Shown here one piece after another: positions 13,206 through 26,592 of a stretch of DNA of 64,000 nucleotides. The stretch's first letter is position 1; the number at the start of each line of letters is the position of its first letter. The notes under the pieces are model-generated. The model was not told the origin of the DNA. It worked only from the letters and a program-made list of their open reading frames with translations, and did no database searches. Origin of the DNA: Selaginella moellendorffii (Eukaryota > Plantae > Lycopodiophyta). Where the stretch lies: contig NW_003314278.1 in NCBI RefSeq assembly GCF_000143415.4, positions 900,682 to 964,681 of the forward strand, given 5' to 3'. Both the position numbers and the translations under genes were made by a program.

Positions 13206-13386
13206 TGTAAGAAACTAAAGAGATTGAATTGAAAGAAGATTTATAGAGGTTTAAATATAGAGGGGAAGGGCCCATAAATAAGAGTACATCCCCTTTTTTA
13301 ATTAGTCAAAAAATTTAGGATACTTGGAATTTGAATAATACTAAGTTCAGTAACTGTTTTGGGAAGTTTAAATTTATGAGCTTACA
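13206..13386 (+). mobile_element. Decayed Cassandra-like solo LTR with TSD ATTAT
   Basis: TGTAA...TTACA termini. ATTAT at 13201-13205 and 13387-13391. Aligns to the reverse complement of 10796-10989. Confidence 0.8.
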
Positions 13387-13495
13387 ATTATCTCACTTGA
13401 CAAACTAAGTGATCAACTTGTGATCATATATAGACTACACTATACTTAGCATCATAGGCTTTCCCTTCTAAAATTAACACCTTCAACTAGAAACT

Positions 13496-13681
13496 AAAAA
13501 CTCTTCAATTTAGACTTCTCAAGAGGTCACCCAGCTTAGTACCTAAGGACAATTAACCCTAAATATCCCCAAGACTCTTAACCAATTGGAAAAAATAGTG
13601 CACTTTTGTTCATAATCCTTTTCCTTTTATATTTGAATCCTTACCGATTGTCTCTTAAATCATTCTTTTTTATTGCTTATA
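13496..13681 (-). repeat. Degenerate Cassandra-like LTR
   Basis: gacttctcaagaggtcacccagc...gtgcacttttgttcat...tatatttgaa...ttgcttata aligns to 10796-10989. Confidence 0.75.
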
Positions 13682-15536
13682 AAAACCTCATTTCTCTAAC
13701 TTAACAACCCAATTGACTTAACATGGTTTAAGATACTATATAGATAGATTACATACACTCACATATTGAGTGTATCTGAGTGTAGATAAAGTCATACAAA
13801 TAAAGTCACCAGAGATAAAGATTTTATAAATATTGTATCAAATTATTAAATCTAGACTAGATCTGATATAAATCAGACAATATAGACCAAAATGAATGGT
13901 ACTAAGACTAGGTTAGACTAATAATTTATTCTGTAAGTGTCTCCAAGGGACTAAACAAGAACTGAGAGTGCATTTCATAGTAAAAGTAGGTGAAACTCCT
14001 GAGCAGGCACTACTCATGGGCCATCCACCTCCTGGGTGATTCTACTAGAAAATTAAAGCCACCAATATGAGACTCATATTAGGGTAGTGAAAAGCTCTCC
14101 AATGTGCCTCTAGTGCCAACTTAGTGTTTTTAATGAAAAACTCCATTGCATAGTAAAAAGCAAGGTGTGAACCTCCTCTAGCTCCAACTAGAGTGTTCTA
14201 TCTTGAGACCCTCTACGACCTCCTCCTAAACTAGTGTGGATTTCCTCTGCATGCAACACTAACTATCTTCCTTCCTCAATTGGTCCAACTTATGACAGAA
14301 ATCCCTTCCGCCAAATCCAAATATCATCCACTCTCATTTCCCCTGAATCCCAATCAAAACCAAGCACCTCACATGGTCTTTGACAATACCAAAGCTAGAG
14401 ATTTGTTTTCAGGAAGTCCTCATATTTCCACAAGCTCCCCAATACTCCCTAGTTGCCACTGAAGAACCCTAGCACACTAGGGCAAGGCCAATCTTGAATC
14501 TTTGCTGGGGCCTTGTTTCCCTCATGCCGCCTAAAAGCTACTCAAATCCACTCTGTTATCTTGGAAAAACTCAACTTAACCCTAATCTCGACCAAAATGT
14601 AATGTGGGGAGTGAAAGCAGGGCATTGCAGAGCTTGGGTGATGAGGAAGGGAGAGTGGAGGCAGTGACTGAGTGTGGAGCCACAAGTAGCACCGGTGGCC
14701 ACAGCTTCAAGCTCCTCTTCTTTCTCTCTTCTCTTGCTTTAGCAATTTGAGGTTTTTGATCCTAATTGAATTTCTTTGATTTCTGACCACAGTTGGCACT
14801 GGGAGTGCCCTAGAATGGATTGGAGTGGGAATTACGCTGCTTGCTTTACTGGTCCTAGCACCATCACCTGCTTGCACTAGTGCCATCACCTAGCTGCAAG
14901 CACAGTCACCCGTTATTGAGGGAGAGTGTGTCACCAAGAGTAAGTGCCAAGGGAGAAAGAGAGAGCATTGAGGGATGTTCACCATACAGATGCCCCAAGG
15001 GTCTCCACAATGGCAAAAATAAGGGTTGGTCACATGCTAAGGGCATAAAGGCATAAATCTTAATAGGTAGGCCAAATGGGAAGTGGAAAGCTTCAGACAT
15101 GTGTGAGTGCAAGGGTGAGCCTTGGCGACAACCGCCAAGACACCCCTCAATCAAGTTGGGTGCTCAACAGTATGTTGAGTTAAAGCTAGTCTCTAGTCTG
15201 GCTAGCAAGTGGAGTGGTTCCTTGTTCCGGCTTGATCTGTCGATCATTCCCTGGAAGAATCCTGGCATGTGAAAAAAAAAAAAATGAGATCTCTCTTTAT
15301 GAGAGAATATGGAGTGTTTGCTAGATCCACCCCTCATGTTGCACCTCTACTCCCCATCACCCACAACTCCCTTCTTGGCGTGCCCTTGGCCTATGGCCGA
15401 TCCCCTGCCACGTCATCATCCCACTTCAAATGGTCCTACGGATTAGTTTGGGCTGCTACATCGGGCGTCCAACGCAAAACAGAATAAAAAACATCAGTAT
15501 GACTTTCATTACATAACAACGCTTACAGTTAATCAG

Positions 15537-18500
15537 ATGACGCCACTGTTTCTCTGGTGGCTGTGGGTTGTCTTCCGGGGCACTGCCAATGCTCAGCCTG
15601 GAAGAGATTGCTTGGCGCTTTGTCCTCAGAATAATATTTCGTGCACTCTAAACTGCGCACAATGCGATTTCCCTTGTTGCAGCCTTACATGCAATTCTAT
15701 TCGCACTGGCGACACATGTAATGGCACCTGCTTTGGAACAACTTTGAATGTTTCATCGTGTTGCATAAGATCAGGATCTATAACCCTAGTTGCCCCACCG
15801 CCACCGCCAACGGTATCATGTACGTAGTTTTGAACAGGAAATAGCTCATAGTTTTATAAGCAGCTGTTGCAGGACCAGGAAATTGTTCAGTCGTCAACAT
15901 TTCAGCGGGAAATCAAACACTGATCGAAGGAGTACCTTTTATGTTCAATGTCAGTGCCGTGACTTGTAATCTGCAAGTTTGTGGAACATGTGGAGCATTC
16001 ACCGGGCAAGCTAACTTCTTTGATGTCAAAATTTCGGACTTTTCCAGTACATCTACTACATCCTGTAATGTGAGCGCTGGTTCAGGAGGATATTATTTTG
16101 TAACATGTTTGGCTCAAAGTTCTGCTGCTGATAATGCAGTAAAGTACTTGCTGACCGTGAGCATTCTCTCATATGGAACATGGGTTCCAATTTCCACACG
16201 TTTTCTCAAAATAATTTCGGGTACATATCTATTCTATACAATCGTTTCGTTGATATTTACTTTATGTTCTCAGGCCCTGTACATGTTCCTTCCTGTTTCG
16301 CCTGGTGGTTTAATGATACAAATTCTTTCGTTGCCGGATCAGCAGCAACACTTTATATTATGCAGAAGGATGCATTTAACAACTCTGTGAGCAACAAGAC
16401 AGGACGTGCCTTTGGCTATAAATTTGTATTCAGTGTTATCTATGATGTGCCTTCTAATACAACAGCATATAAAGAAACTTTCAATGTAAGTTATGACTTG
16501 GATGAGGGAGTGCAAAAGGTCGTATTCTATCCAAAACTATCTGGCACTTTTTACTTACAAATCGGAAACAACTCACAAGTTGTACAAAAATCCCCGCTTA
16601 GGTATGATGTAACAGCTGGTAAGGCACTTCTTGAAATCATGAATCTGTAGAACTTTTTTTCACTTCATTCACGTTCGCAGGTCCTTTATCTGTAATAGAC
16701 TCTTTTGCAAAATGGCCAAGTGGGATAAATACATTTGAAGCTGGAAGTTTAGCTTCTGTTATGATAATGCTTGTGGATACATACGGAAACAGCGTTGTCA
16801 ATGCCAATTTTTCACTAAGCCCTTACTTTCTTGATAGTGGGACATTTTCCCGGATAAATTTTAACTTCACATACCCAACATCTGGTTATTGGTCGGCTGG
16901 ATTTACACCTATAGAAGCGGGACAGTATTTGGTACGGGTTGGAAGTGGAACCGTCGAATTGCCAAGCTCTCCTCTCACATTTTCCGTCGTCTCAGGTTAT
17001 TAATTCACTTTTCTTCTCATAGCTGACTTGATCGACGAATTATACAGGTCCTGTGTCAGTACGAGATTGTGTTGGTTCCTGGTTAAATTATAATTCAGTT
17101 TTTCAAACTGGAGGGCTGGCAACATTTCTAGTTTTACAAATGGATGCTTATGGGAACAACGTTAGTTTAGCCACCGGAAGCATTGACGTTTACGAATTTA
17201 TTTCTTTTGTTCAAAATATGGCTGATGGAAAAGTGATGCCACAAACAGTCATACAGCTGCAACCTCCAGAAATTGGCTCCGCATATAGGACATTTACACA
17301 TTCACCTAACATGACCGGACAATTTAACCTTTTCATTGGCAACCTAACAGACAACATCACTGGATCTCCCTTCACCTTCCAAGTAATTCCAGGTTGAGTC
17401 TTTTGTCCTTTTTATTCTTATTTATTCTTGCGTTTTGGTTGCACCAGGTCCTCTATACGTTCCGCGTTGCCGTGCAAGCTGGTTAATTGGAAACCAACTT
17501 GTTGCAGGAAAGAATGCTTCACTTAAAATTAGCAAAGTAGACCGATACAATGAAAGCATTTATGATGATTATGGCTTTGCTGTAAAGTTTATTAGCTCTG
17601 ACATAGACCTTCCAGATTTTAATGTCCATGTAGAAAAATTTCCTGGCACAAACTATCAGATCGTATCCTTCGTGCCTACTTTAGCTGGTAAATTTTCGAT
17701 AGCTATCGGCAGTGGAACAGAAAACATTGCTAACTCGCCATTGACATTCAATGTAAATGCAAGTGAGTCCCCTTGATGTTATCAAGTTCCGTTCTTACCT
17801 TTTATGTCTTGTTTAGGCTTTCCGTCGATCCCATCATGTGTAGGAGGCTGGTCCAATAATATTAACTCATTTTATGCTGGGGATAATGCTATTTTTGATA
17901 TATATGTCAAAGATATTTTCAACAACACAGTCAATAATGTAAATGGAGGTTACAATTCAAGCTTTTTGCTTTCAGCAACTGTGACATGGAATTTAAGCCG
18001 TGCACAGGATATTGTACAGCTTAATATAACTACGATTGATATTCCTCAAAGTGGGCGCCAACTTGTAAAGTTTACACCAACCATTTCAGGATCGTTCTTC
18101 CTTCACATTTGGAGATTTAACGAATCAATATCCATGTCCCCGTTTACATTTTCTGTATCATCCGGTAAGGATGCTATGTCGTTAATTTGAGTAAAAACCG
18201 TGTTGACGTTTTGCAGGTGTCATCTCTCCTAGCAACTGTACAGCGATATGGCCTGATGGCCGTAACACATTTCATGCTGGACAAAAATCCGTTCTAGCTA
18301 TTCAGTTGGTGGACAAATTCAAAAACAATGTCAGTACCACAAACGGAAGATCTGAGATAGCTGCCTTTGACGTTCAGGTGGTGGGTGTTGCTGATATTCA
18401 AGATTGGAACATGAGTATGATGGCATCGCTAAACTATTCAGGATATCAACTGATAGTTTTCTATCCTACAATTGTGGGTACTTTTTATATGCAGATCGGA

Positions 18501-20532
18501 ACAAAAAAGCTTAACATTTCTGGTTCACCTTTCCCATTTACAGTCAAATCAGGTATCTCTAACTGCAATTCAATGGCTGAGACACATATGTTTTCAGGCC
18601 CTCTATCAATACCCGCGAGCACCGGTGAACGGCCATCGGGTTCACAGTATTTTTCTCAGAATGCGACTGTGAGCTTTTTGATAACTCCACGGGACAAGTT
18701 TGGAAATCCTCTTTTGGCCAGTAGTGTTGATCCGCTTAGTTTTTCGGCCGCGCTTTACAACCCTGACCTTACACTTATTCCAATATTCGACCTGACTGTG
18801 TCACCATACAGTTCCAATGTTTTGATAATGAACTTCTCTATATACACAATTGGAAAACTTATTCTTCAAGTTGGCAACGAGACAGATGATATCATGGGTT
18901 CTCCATTTGTTTTATTTGGTGCAACAGGTTTTATTTTCCTTTTTGTCTCTATATGCCTCTCTGATGTGTTAACAGATAGCGTATCTCCTTCGAGATCCAT
19001 AATGGAAGGTGATGGTCTGAAGAACTCAACAGCTGGGATACCATCTACATTTCTCATCCAGCTTCGAGACGTGGCAGGTAATCCAGCAACAGCAAATGTG
19101 ATAGACTTGGACTTTCAAATGAAGATGCAAGGAGTAGCTTTTCCAGTTGGAGCAAACATCACGGCAATACCTAAAACAACTGGAATTTTTCAAGTGACGT
19201 ATACTGCCACCGTCATAGGAAACTATCTACTTTTGGTGAGCTGGAAAGGAGCACTGCTAGGCGCTGGAGCTGTCAACAAGAGTGTTTTACCAAGTGCGTT
19301 CCTTCTCAAACCTGGATCAATAGCTTACGCTCTGTCATACTACAGCTGGAATATACGGACCATGGTGCACAGCTAAAGGCGCTGGCATTTCGGGAGGTGT
19401 TGTTGGAAGAATGTTTTCTTTCCAAGTAACTGTAATGGATTTTTACAACAACACAGACACAGCAAATCGTAGTGCCATTTCTGTTACATTTTTTCCTACT
19501 GCAAGGGAGACCATGACAATAACGAGCATTGGTATTGGAAAGTTCAACGTGACGTACAATATTACGAAGGCAAATACATACAGTATGACTGTTTTGGCAG
19601 GTACCATAGTTCCAACTGAACAAGTCAATGGTAGCCCATTTAAAGTTGTCATTCAGTCAGGTAATCCTTGTCAAGTGGAATGCCTCGTATTTGATTTTTG
19701 CTATTTTGTATACAGGATCCCTTTCACTTCCACAGTGCTCGTGTTATTGGCCTCAGGGTATAAATTACACATCATCTGGACAAAAATCTGCGATTCAAGT
19801 CTATCAAAGGGATAGATTTGGTAATCAGGTTTTGTCTATACAAAACAATGTTACCGCCAGTCATTTTAACGTCACCGTCTTTAACAGTACTGACATGAGT
19901 GGGCCCCTTATACCAATCCCGGACTTCGGATACAGAATATATACTGCCACGCCATCAGACTGGTATGAGATGAGGTTTACCATCATACCGATGGGCACTT
20001 ATTCTTTGGACTGTTATGCTGGTGTGAATCATTATAAGGGACCGTTTATATTTTCTATAATCCAAGGTAACGATTTTATTTTGTTTTAAATTTGTGCCGA
20101 CGTCATTATTTTAGAGCCCCCTAATGCTACACTTTCCATTTTTGATGGATCGGGATTACAAAATACAAGGGTCGGGAGTGTGTCTTCAATTAGCATCACA
20201 CTCATTGACAACTACGGGATGCCTGTTGTGGGAAACTTTCAAGGATACAATACAACCTTTCTGCTTGTGACTGTATCATTGGTTGGATCTAGTGTAGTGC
20301 AACAAGGACAAGTAGTTGAAAACACAACAAATCGCGGACAATTTCTAGTGACATATGCAGCTTCTGTGCCTGGAGATTATGCAGTTCGTATAACCTGGAA
20401 GAACGTGCTTTTGGCACTTTATAACATAACAGTTTCTCCTGCAGGTCTAAGGACTAACACTATATATTTTTTAACAAGCTCTAACAAGATCCTTTTAATT
20501 TTGCAGTACCAATGTTTTTGAGATTTTTGTGA
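15537..20532 (+). CDS. GEX2-like: GEX2-like secreted protein: signal peptide, 12-Cys domain, poly-Pro linker and 12 filamin/Ig-like repeats (~1438 aa as modelled; 3' end uncertain)
   Basis: Exons 15537-15819, 15861-16220, 16274-16618, 16681-16995, 17048-17392, 17448-17762, 17817-18164, 18217-18552, 18598-18927, 18976-19293, 19346-19660, 19716-20066, 20115-20444, 20507-20532, with GT-AG introns of 41-62 nt. Recurrent motifs C..SW....F.AG, D.(Y/F)GN and GSPF.F.V..G resemble GEX2/filamin repeats. Many N-x-S/T sites. Confidence 0.8.
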
Positions 20533-20759
20533 ATATGTGTCGTGTATAGAGAAAACGAGCTCCTCATAGAGGTAACATTCCTATGGCTTATTTCATAGAG
20601 GTAACATTCCTAGTTCTTTATTCTGGACATTGACAAAATGCATATTCCAATTTAGTGGATTGAATGTTCACAGATTCAGGATTATGTTTGAAGGCCTTCT
20701 GAGATTTTGGAGGATCGTACGTCACACTTTAGGACCATTGTAGCGGATTTTAAATAAAA

Positions 20760-21650
20760 CTAATGATGTCCATTGTAGAGGACGTTATATGCATTTCAAT
20801 ATTGAATATAACAAGCTTCTTTTGCCAATAAGCCTGCATTGGCATAAACTTTGGCTGCATTAGAAAGTATCTCAATGTGTTATTATTTATATAGACCTTA
20901 GTATGTCCACCCAGATAGTTTCTTCAGTGTTCCAATGCTAATACTATAGCAAATATCTCTTTCTCATGCATAGGCCATTTACATTAGGTCTCATCCAATT
21001 TTTTTGAGCAAAACACAACACCTTAATGTAACATCAATTGTATTGTCACAATCTTGCTACAACACAACATATATAGCATAGCTAGATGTATCACAATACA
21101 CTTCAAAGGGTTTTATCAACATCTAAGATCCTAAGAATAGGAACCATAGTCAAGATGTCCTTCAATCGTATAAAAGTACATTGAAAAGCTAGTGTCCAAT
21201 AAAATGGTATACTACCTTTCATTAATTCAGTCAATGGAAGAGTAATACTTACAAAATTATGAATAAATTTGCAATAATATCCTACCAAACCGAGAAAGAA
21301 ATGAACATCTAATATAGTGGCACCGCTTCTACTTTTTTGGATCTACCCTGATTACACTACCATCATTTATATGCCTAAAGAAATTCATACACAATTGACC
21401 AAAAGTGCATTTACTCTTCTTAGCATATAGTTTGTTTTTTTGCAACTTTTGAAACATTAACTTTTTAAGTGTTTTAAATGGTCCTCCACCATTTCACTGA
21501 AGACTAAAATATTGTCAATATATAAAATAATAAGTATGTCTAAATAATCTCTAAATATTCTATCCATTATCATATTGAATATAGTTGAGCTCAAATGGCA
21601 TAATTAGGAACTTAAAGGATCCATAATAAATTTTAAAGCTACTATTAAAC
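20760..21650 (-). pseudogene. Decayed Ty3/gypsy RT-RNase H remnant
   Basis: YIDNILVFS (YxDD-like) at ~21497-21523. FLGLVGYYCKFI and CDTSSYA motifs. Homologous to 10080-10440. Confidence 0.8.
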
Positions 21651-21883
21651 TAAGATAATTTCTTCAACTAGGCCAAGTATGTTTGACTAATAACATTTAG
21701 GAATTCCATCCTTATGTTTATTGAATCAAATGCATATGTAATAACCAGTTTCTTAACTAGCTTGGGTGGAAACCACAAAGGGACCAACAGTACTAATCGC
21801 CTACCATTATGGTAATAAGAAGAGAGTGTTTATAAGGGCTAGTGAACACAAATCTTTCAATATCTGAAGTGACATTTATGACA
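21650..21883 (-). repeat. Terminal fragment of a family B LTR
   Basis: Aligns to 8985-9207 and ends tctgaagtgacatttatgaca. Confidence 0.7.
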
Positions 21884-21990
21884 TCTGCTTGCTAATTATC
21901 TTCCAAGACCACTATTAATTTAGGGGGCTTTCGCACCCACCATTAACTTTGTAAATTTAATGGTAATTTGTTCACACCATTACATTATTA

Positions 21991-24900
21991 CTAGCAAGGA
22001 ATCCAGCTCTGCTGGCCTGACCAAAATAAGTCTTTGAAAACACTTTACTGGGATAGAAAAGTTATAGCTAATAGTGCAACATAAAATAAATTAGTGTATA
22101 TTGTATACTTCTAGGATTTATCATGAGCATTTATAAAATCTATAAGAGTAATAATAATCACAAAGCCTTTTATAAGAGAAATCAAGTTTACAAATAATTA
22201 ATTTTCTTTTAATTTGTAATTATTTAAAAATAAATGAAAATAAGATTAGCAGGGATTCCAGCAGAAAATAAAATCAAGGATCCCAGCTCTGATGGGAAGT
22301 AGATATAAAATTCTGTAAATGTAAATTAGTTTTCTGATTTAAAAATATACTTTAATGATTCTGTAAATTAATATTTGTTCATTTTTGAGGTTCTAATAAT
22401 ATTTCCTGAACTTGTGTTACTTAAGTGGTTAATAGATTTAACATTTTTAGATTGTCATAGCTTATGACAAGTTTTGATTGAAGCCAAGTAGGCATTGCAG
22501 CTTTGAAGCCTTGGAGGACTTGTACCTTTTATGGAGCACAATCGGTCTGTGCCATACTGCCAACAGAAAGGCTTCTTAGTGTAGAAAATATTTTTAACAG
22601 TTAGAGAAAAACATGAATGACAACAGTGTAGCCATGTCCTGCCCCACCGAGGACATGACCGCATGGCAAGTGCTCGACCTCAAGCACGAATTTTGACATA
22701 TCCATTCATGCTCTTGCCATTTGAAACAGGTCCTTTAGCCCAACATTCATGCTCCTAGCTGCATTCCTAGCTTTCTTACTGCTTAGATTCATGGTATCCA
22801 ATGATACCATTCAGAGGTAGCCATGAGGTGCTGGTTTTTATCCTCTCAATGCTCAACATTGTTTTCTTTGGGGAAGAAGTATGTGGTCATGGCAGCTCCC
22901 AGGATCAAAGAGTATCTCAAGGTTGAGTAATGGTAGAAAGTTCTAATCAAGTTTTACTGCTCATTCAATCTGGAAGCCTGCTACGCATCAGGAAAAGGAT
23001 TGGAAATCTAGGAAACACTATCTACTCCTAGATAGGTCTCTGCTGGAACCAGCAATGCTATAGGTTGGGTCCAGAAAAATGCTGTTATGTCATCCCTCAT
23101 AAAATATTATCAATAAAAAAAACTCATAAAATACATAAAAGGATCCATATTATAATTTATAATAATGAAGTTGTTATATATATGACTTTTAAAATCTCAT
23201 AAAAGGATCAATACTTTGATGAGAGAAAAATGCTGTTATCTCAAGTATAAGCCAGCTATGTTTTTTTTGAGAAACCTATTCAACTCCCAAGTGTCTTCAA
23301 GTTCTTCCGTAATCTTCAGTACCTCCTGTTCAGTCTTAGATTTTTCTGCCTCATCAAAGCCCACAGTCTTCTCTTAGTAGCAGATTTCTTCTTTTCCTTC
23401 CCAATTCAAGCTGTAGCAACTGCATCTTGGGTGTATTGTCATCACTTTTGTATTTTGCTGTTTCAAGAAAGCTTGTTTATTAACACTAACTGCAGGCTTT
23501 CCATCTGCTCACATAACTCATTTGCTTCCTGCATTAAACAATATTAGCACCTCCATGTCCTGGCCAGCAATCTTCAGGTGGGTTGACATATTCTTGTCAT
23601 CATAAACACACCCGATCTGCATTCTTGACGGCAGCTCTAAGCGTTCACTGGATTCTATACCACAGGCCTTTCTCTACTTATATTGCCAAAAGAGTTCAAT
23701 TGAAGATTATCAGGAGAGTTTGTTTTGACATTGCAGACACAGGTACTGGATGGTTTTTTGAAAACTCTTAGAAGCTACTTAGATTTGCTATGTGCGGATG
23801 TACACACTCACATGATCACAAAAGGTCTATCTAAAGATGAGCACAAGAGTCACAATTTTCAAAAAATTAAAAAGTTTTTATCTTAGTAAGTTGTTTGCTA
23901 ATACTCAACTCTTCTTGGTATATACTAAGGCTGTTCTACTGATCTTTTGATAAGTGTACACTGGTAGGCATCTAATGTTTTATTTTTTTCTTGATTCCAT
24001 TACACTTTTATCCAGCTGAGGGAGTGTATCTTCATTTATAAGAGAAATGTTTGAAACAAGAAAAAGAGAGCCACTCAATAGTAAGTTAATAGTTTTACAA
24101 AATGGAGAAAAAGAAGAAAAAATTCACCCAGATTGCCAGGGTTCAACCGTTAATGGCAATGAAGATGAACCTTGAAAGCTGCTAGAAGATGGCAGAGATC
24201 ACTAGGCATATCTCTGCAGTAACAATTCTCACATCAGCAAAGGAAGAGAAAAACTTTCTCAAAGCAAGAAAACAAAAAAAAAAACGAGTGTAGACATTAA
24301 ACATTTCTTCTCTTACCTACATTATCATAGAGCTTAAACAATGGAACTGCCAGCAATTTGAGATTCTTTGAAACAGTTCTTTGAAACAGGACTGGAAAAA
24401 ATAAAAAGTTTGAAAACCATGGAAACCATGGAAAGTTTGAAAAAAAAAAAGCCCTCCAGGACAGTTTGAACAGTTCTTTGAAATAGTTTGAGGAGAACCA
24501 TGCAGAACTTCTTACACTCCCGACACAAGAAATAATAAAATAAATGAGAAGATTATACAAAAGAGTTATGAGAAATGAAGAACAAAGATTGATACCTTTG
24601 GTTTGGTGATGTGAGGAGGGCAGTAAAGATATGGCAGCGTCTCAAAGTTTGGTCTCTACCAAATTGCCACAAACTCTTCAAACTGGTAGAAATGCCTGTC
24701 TCAGGCTGGATTGAAGCTGCCATTGGATGCTCATGAGCTTCCTCTTCAATCCTTCCACCTCTAGTTAGCAGATTTATCAAAGTTAGCAGAGATTATGATG
24801 AAAGAAAACTTCTTTACTGTTTTTCTCCAAACTTGAGTCTTCCTTCGGGAAGCTTGAAAAAACGTAATTCCGCTGCTTGTGGGCGATGGCAGACCCTACA

Positions 24901-25667
24901 AGATCTTTTTCCCTGTCCTTCGTGAGATCTTCATCCCTGTCCCTCGCACCAACCTGCTCACTGACACTGGCTTTGCCACTACGTACATGTGAGAAATACC
25001 TGGTGGAGAATTCTCATGCAACCTTGAGATCTTCTCGCTGGTGATGCTGCTGCTGCTGCTGTGATTCCGACTTACAAATTAGCTCTACCATTGGGACTTC
25101 TAGACAGTCAAGGGCAGGAGACACTTTATAAATAATGTAGTATTACAACACAAATACAATTGAGTCTGGCACCAATTCACTTAATTTGTCCAGATATGGC
25201 CATGGCCACTATTCTTTGTTTGTCTTTCTTAGTTCTCTTTTTCTCTGCGAGTTGGTGAAGTTGGATTGGATCCTACCTAGTGTGTCACAATAACTGATAC
25301 ACGTCCATAGGTGTGACGATGCTCCTTGTCTCCAGACTAATTGGATTTGTAGAGCACCGTGCCCCTGTAGAGAAACGCATGGTCATTAACCTGCTCTAGA
25401 TCACCGCCACCATAGTGAAGCTCACCTTGCCACTGGGTTGAGCAGAAGTGATAGAGCAAACTAGTGACCTCATCAATCTCTGCTGCTCGTGGGTGAAGGT
25501 CGACCCTGCAAGATCTTCGTCACTGTCCCTTGTGATATCTTCGTCCCTGTCCCTCGCACTGACCTTCACACCTGGCCACTACGTACATGTGACTGATCCC
25601 AAACTACTGGTGGATGGCCTTAAGATCTTCTTGCTGGTGATGCTGCTGCTGTGATTCCAACTCCAAA

Positions 25668-25720
<53 letters not shown>

Positions 25721-26592
25721 GCCACTGCTGTCGTTTATCAGATACCGATATGTAGTGGTGCTCAAATTTTGTATCCTGGATCCACATGAGAATGATGTGA
25801 TAGCAAAGAGCAAGACTTACCTATAGCATTAAGTCGACTCTACTATTAGGACTTCTAGATAGCCTTTCTGTCACCATACTACCATAAAAAACTGTGACAA
25901 AACCATACCCCAACCGAAGAATTTCCTCTAGCTTTGACAACAAAACTTACAAAGAACTATGATTACCTGTATCCCAAGATATTCATTGACTTTCTCCAAA
26001 AAGAATAGATATCAGAGGTTCCACTCTGTAATCAGGACGAAAGGATAAATGTAAACACTGGTCACACAGAAGTATATTGATACCTATAGGTGAGAGGATC
26101 ATATGGGTGAAATATGTTCATCATTTGCCTGCATGCTGGCTTTTTTTCTTCAATGCCTTCATCTTCCCAGTACTCATCACCTGTTCTTATGCAAACACAT
26201 TCAAACGACATTGCAAAGACCGTAAATCATATACATGCCGTTCTAAAGTATACATTATGGAGACTCAGAAACAGTGGTGATTCAACTGTGAAAAATGTGA
26301 GAACGAAACTTATCAATAGTGAAGAATCAAGGAGCTCGCTCTCCTTGTTTCGTTCCCAATGCTGCACAGTGACACAAGAGAGAGTCAAACATGAAACCTT
26401 CAGATATGAACAGCCATAACATAAATACATAAGCGCTCCTGGAAAAATGCATTGAAAAAAATTGGTTTACCCTAAAAAAAAAACGTTCCACCCTCAACTG
26501 TTTTTTCCCACGTGTCTTCATCTCCACCATTAAGCTCGTAAAGAATCTCGATTGAATATGTCGCCCTTGCTCTTTTAAATATAGAAGGATGA
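21991..26592 (-). mobile_element. Non-autonomous Helitron with captured gene-like fragments
   Basis: On the - strand it starts TCATCCTTCTATATTTAAAAG and ends with hairpin CCAGC-AGA-GCTGG then TTCCTTGCTAG, inserted between A and T. Its first ~165 bp match 52992-53158. A PPR-like piece (LINLLTRGGRIEEEAH) lies at ~24650-24780. Confidence 0.8.
24881..25865. repeat. Diverged direct duplication (~24881-25110 vs ~25490-25865) with a (CT)n microsatellite at 25672-25717
   Basis: Shared blocks gaccctrcaagatctt, tccctgtccctcgcac, gccactacgtacatgtga, gctggtgatgctgctgctg and ggacttctaga. Confidence 0.8.

Noticed and set aside
18306-19376. Single-exon 356-aa ORF
   Set aside because: It reads through two in-frame introns (45 and 48 nt) of the GEX2-like gene.
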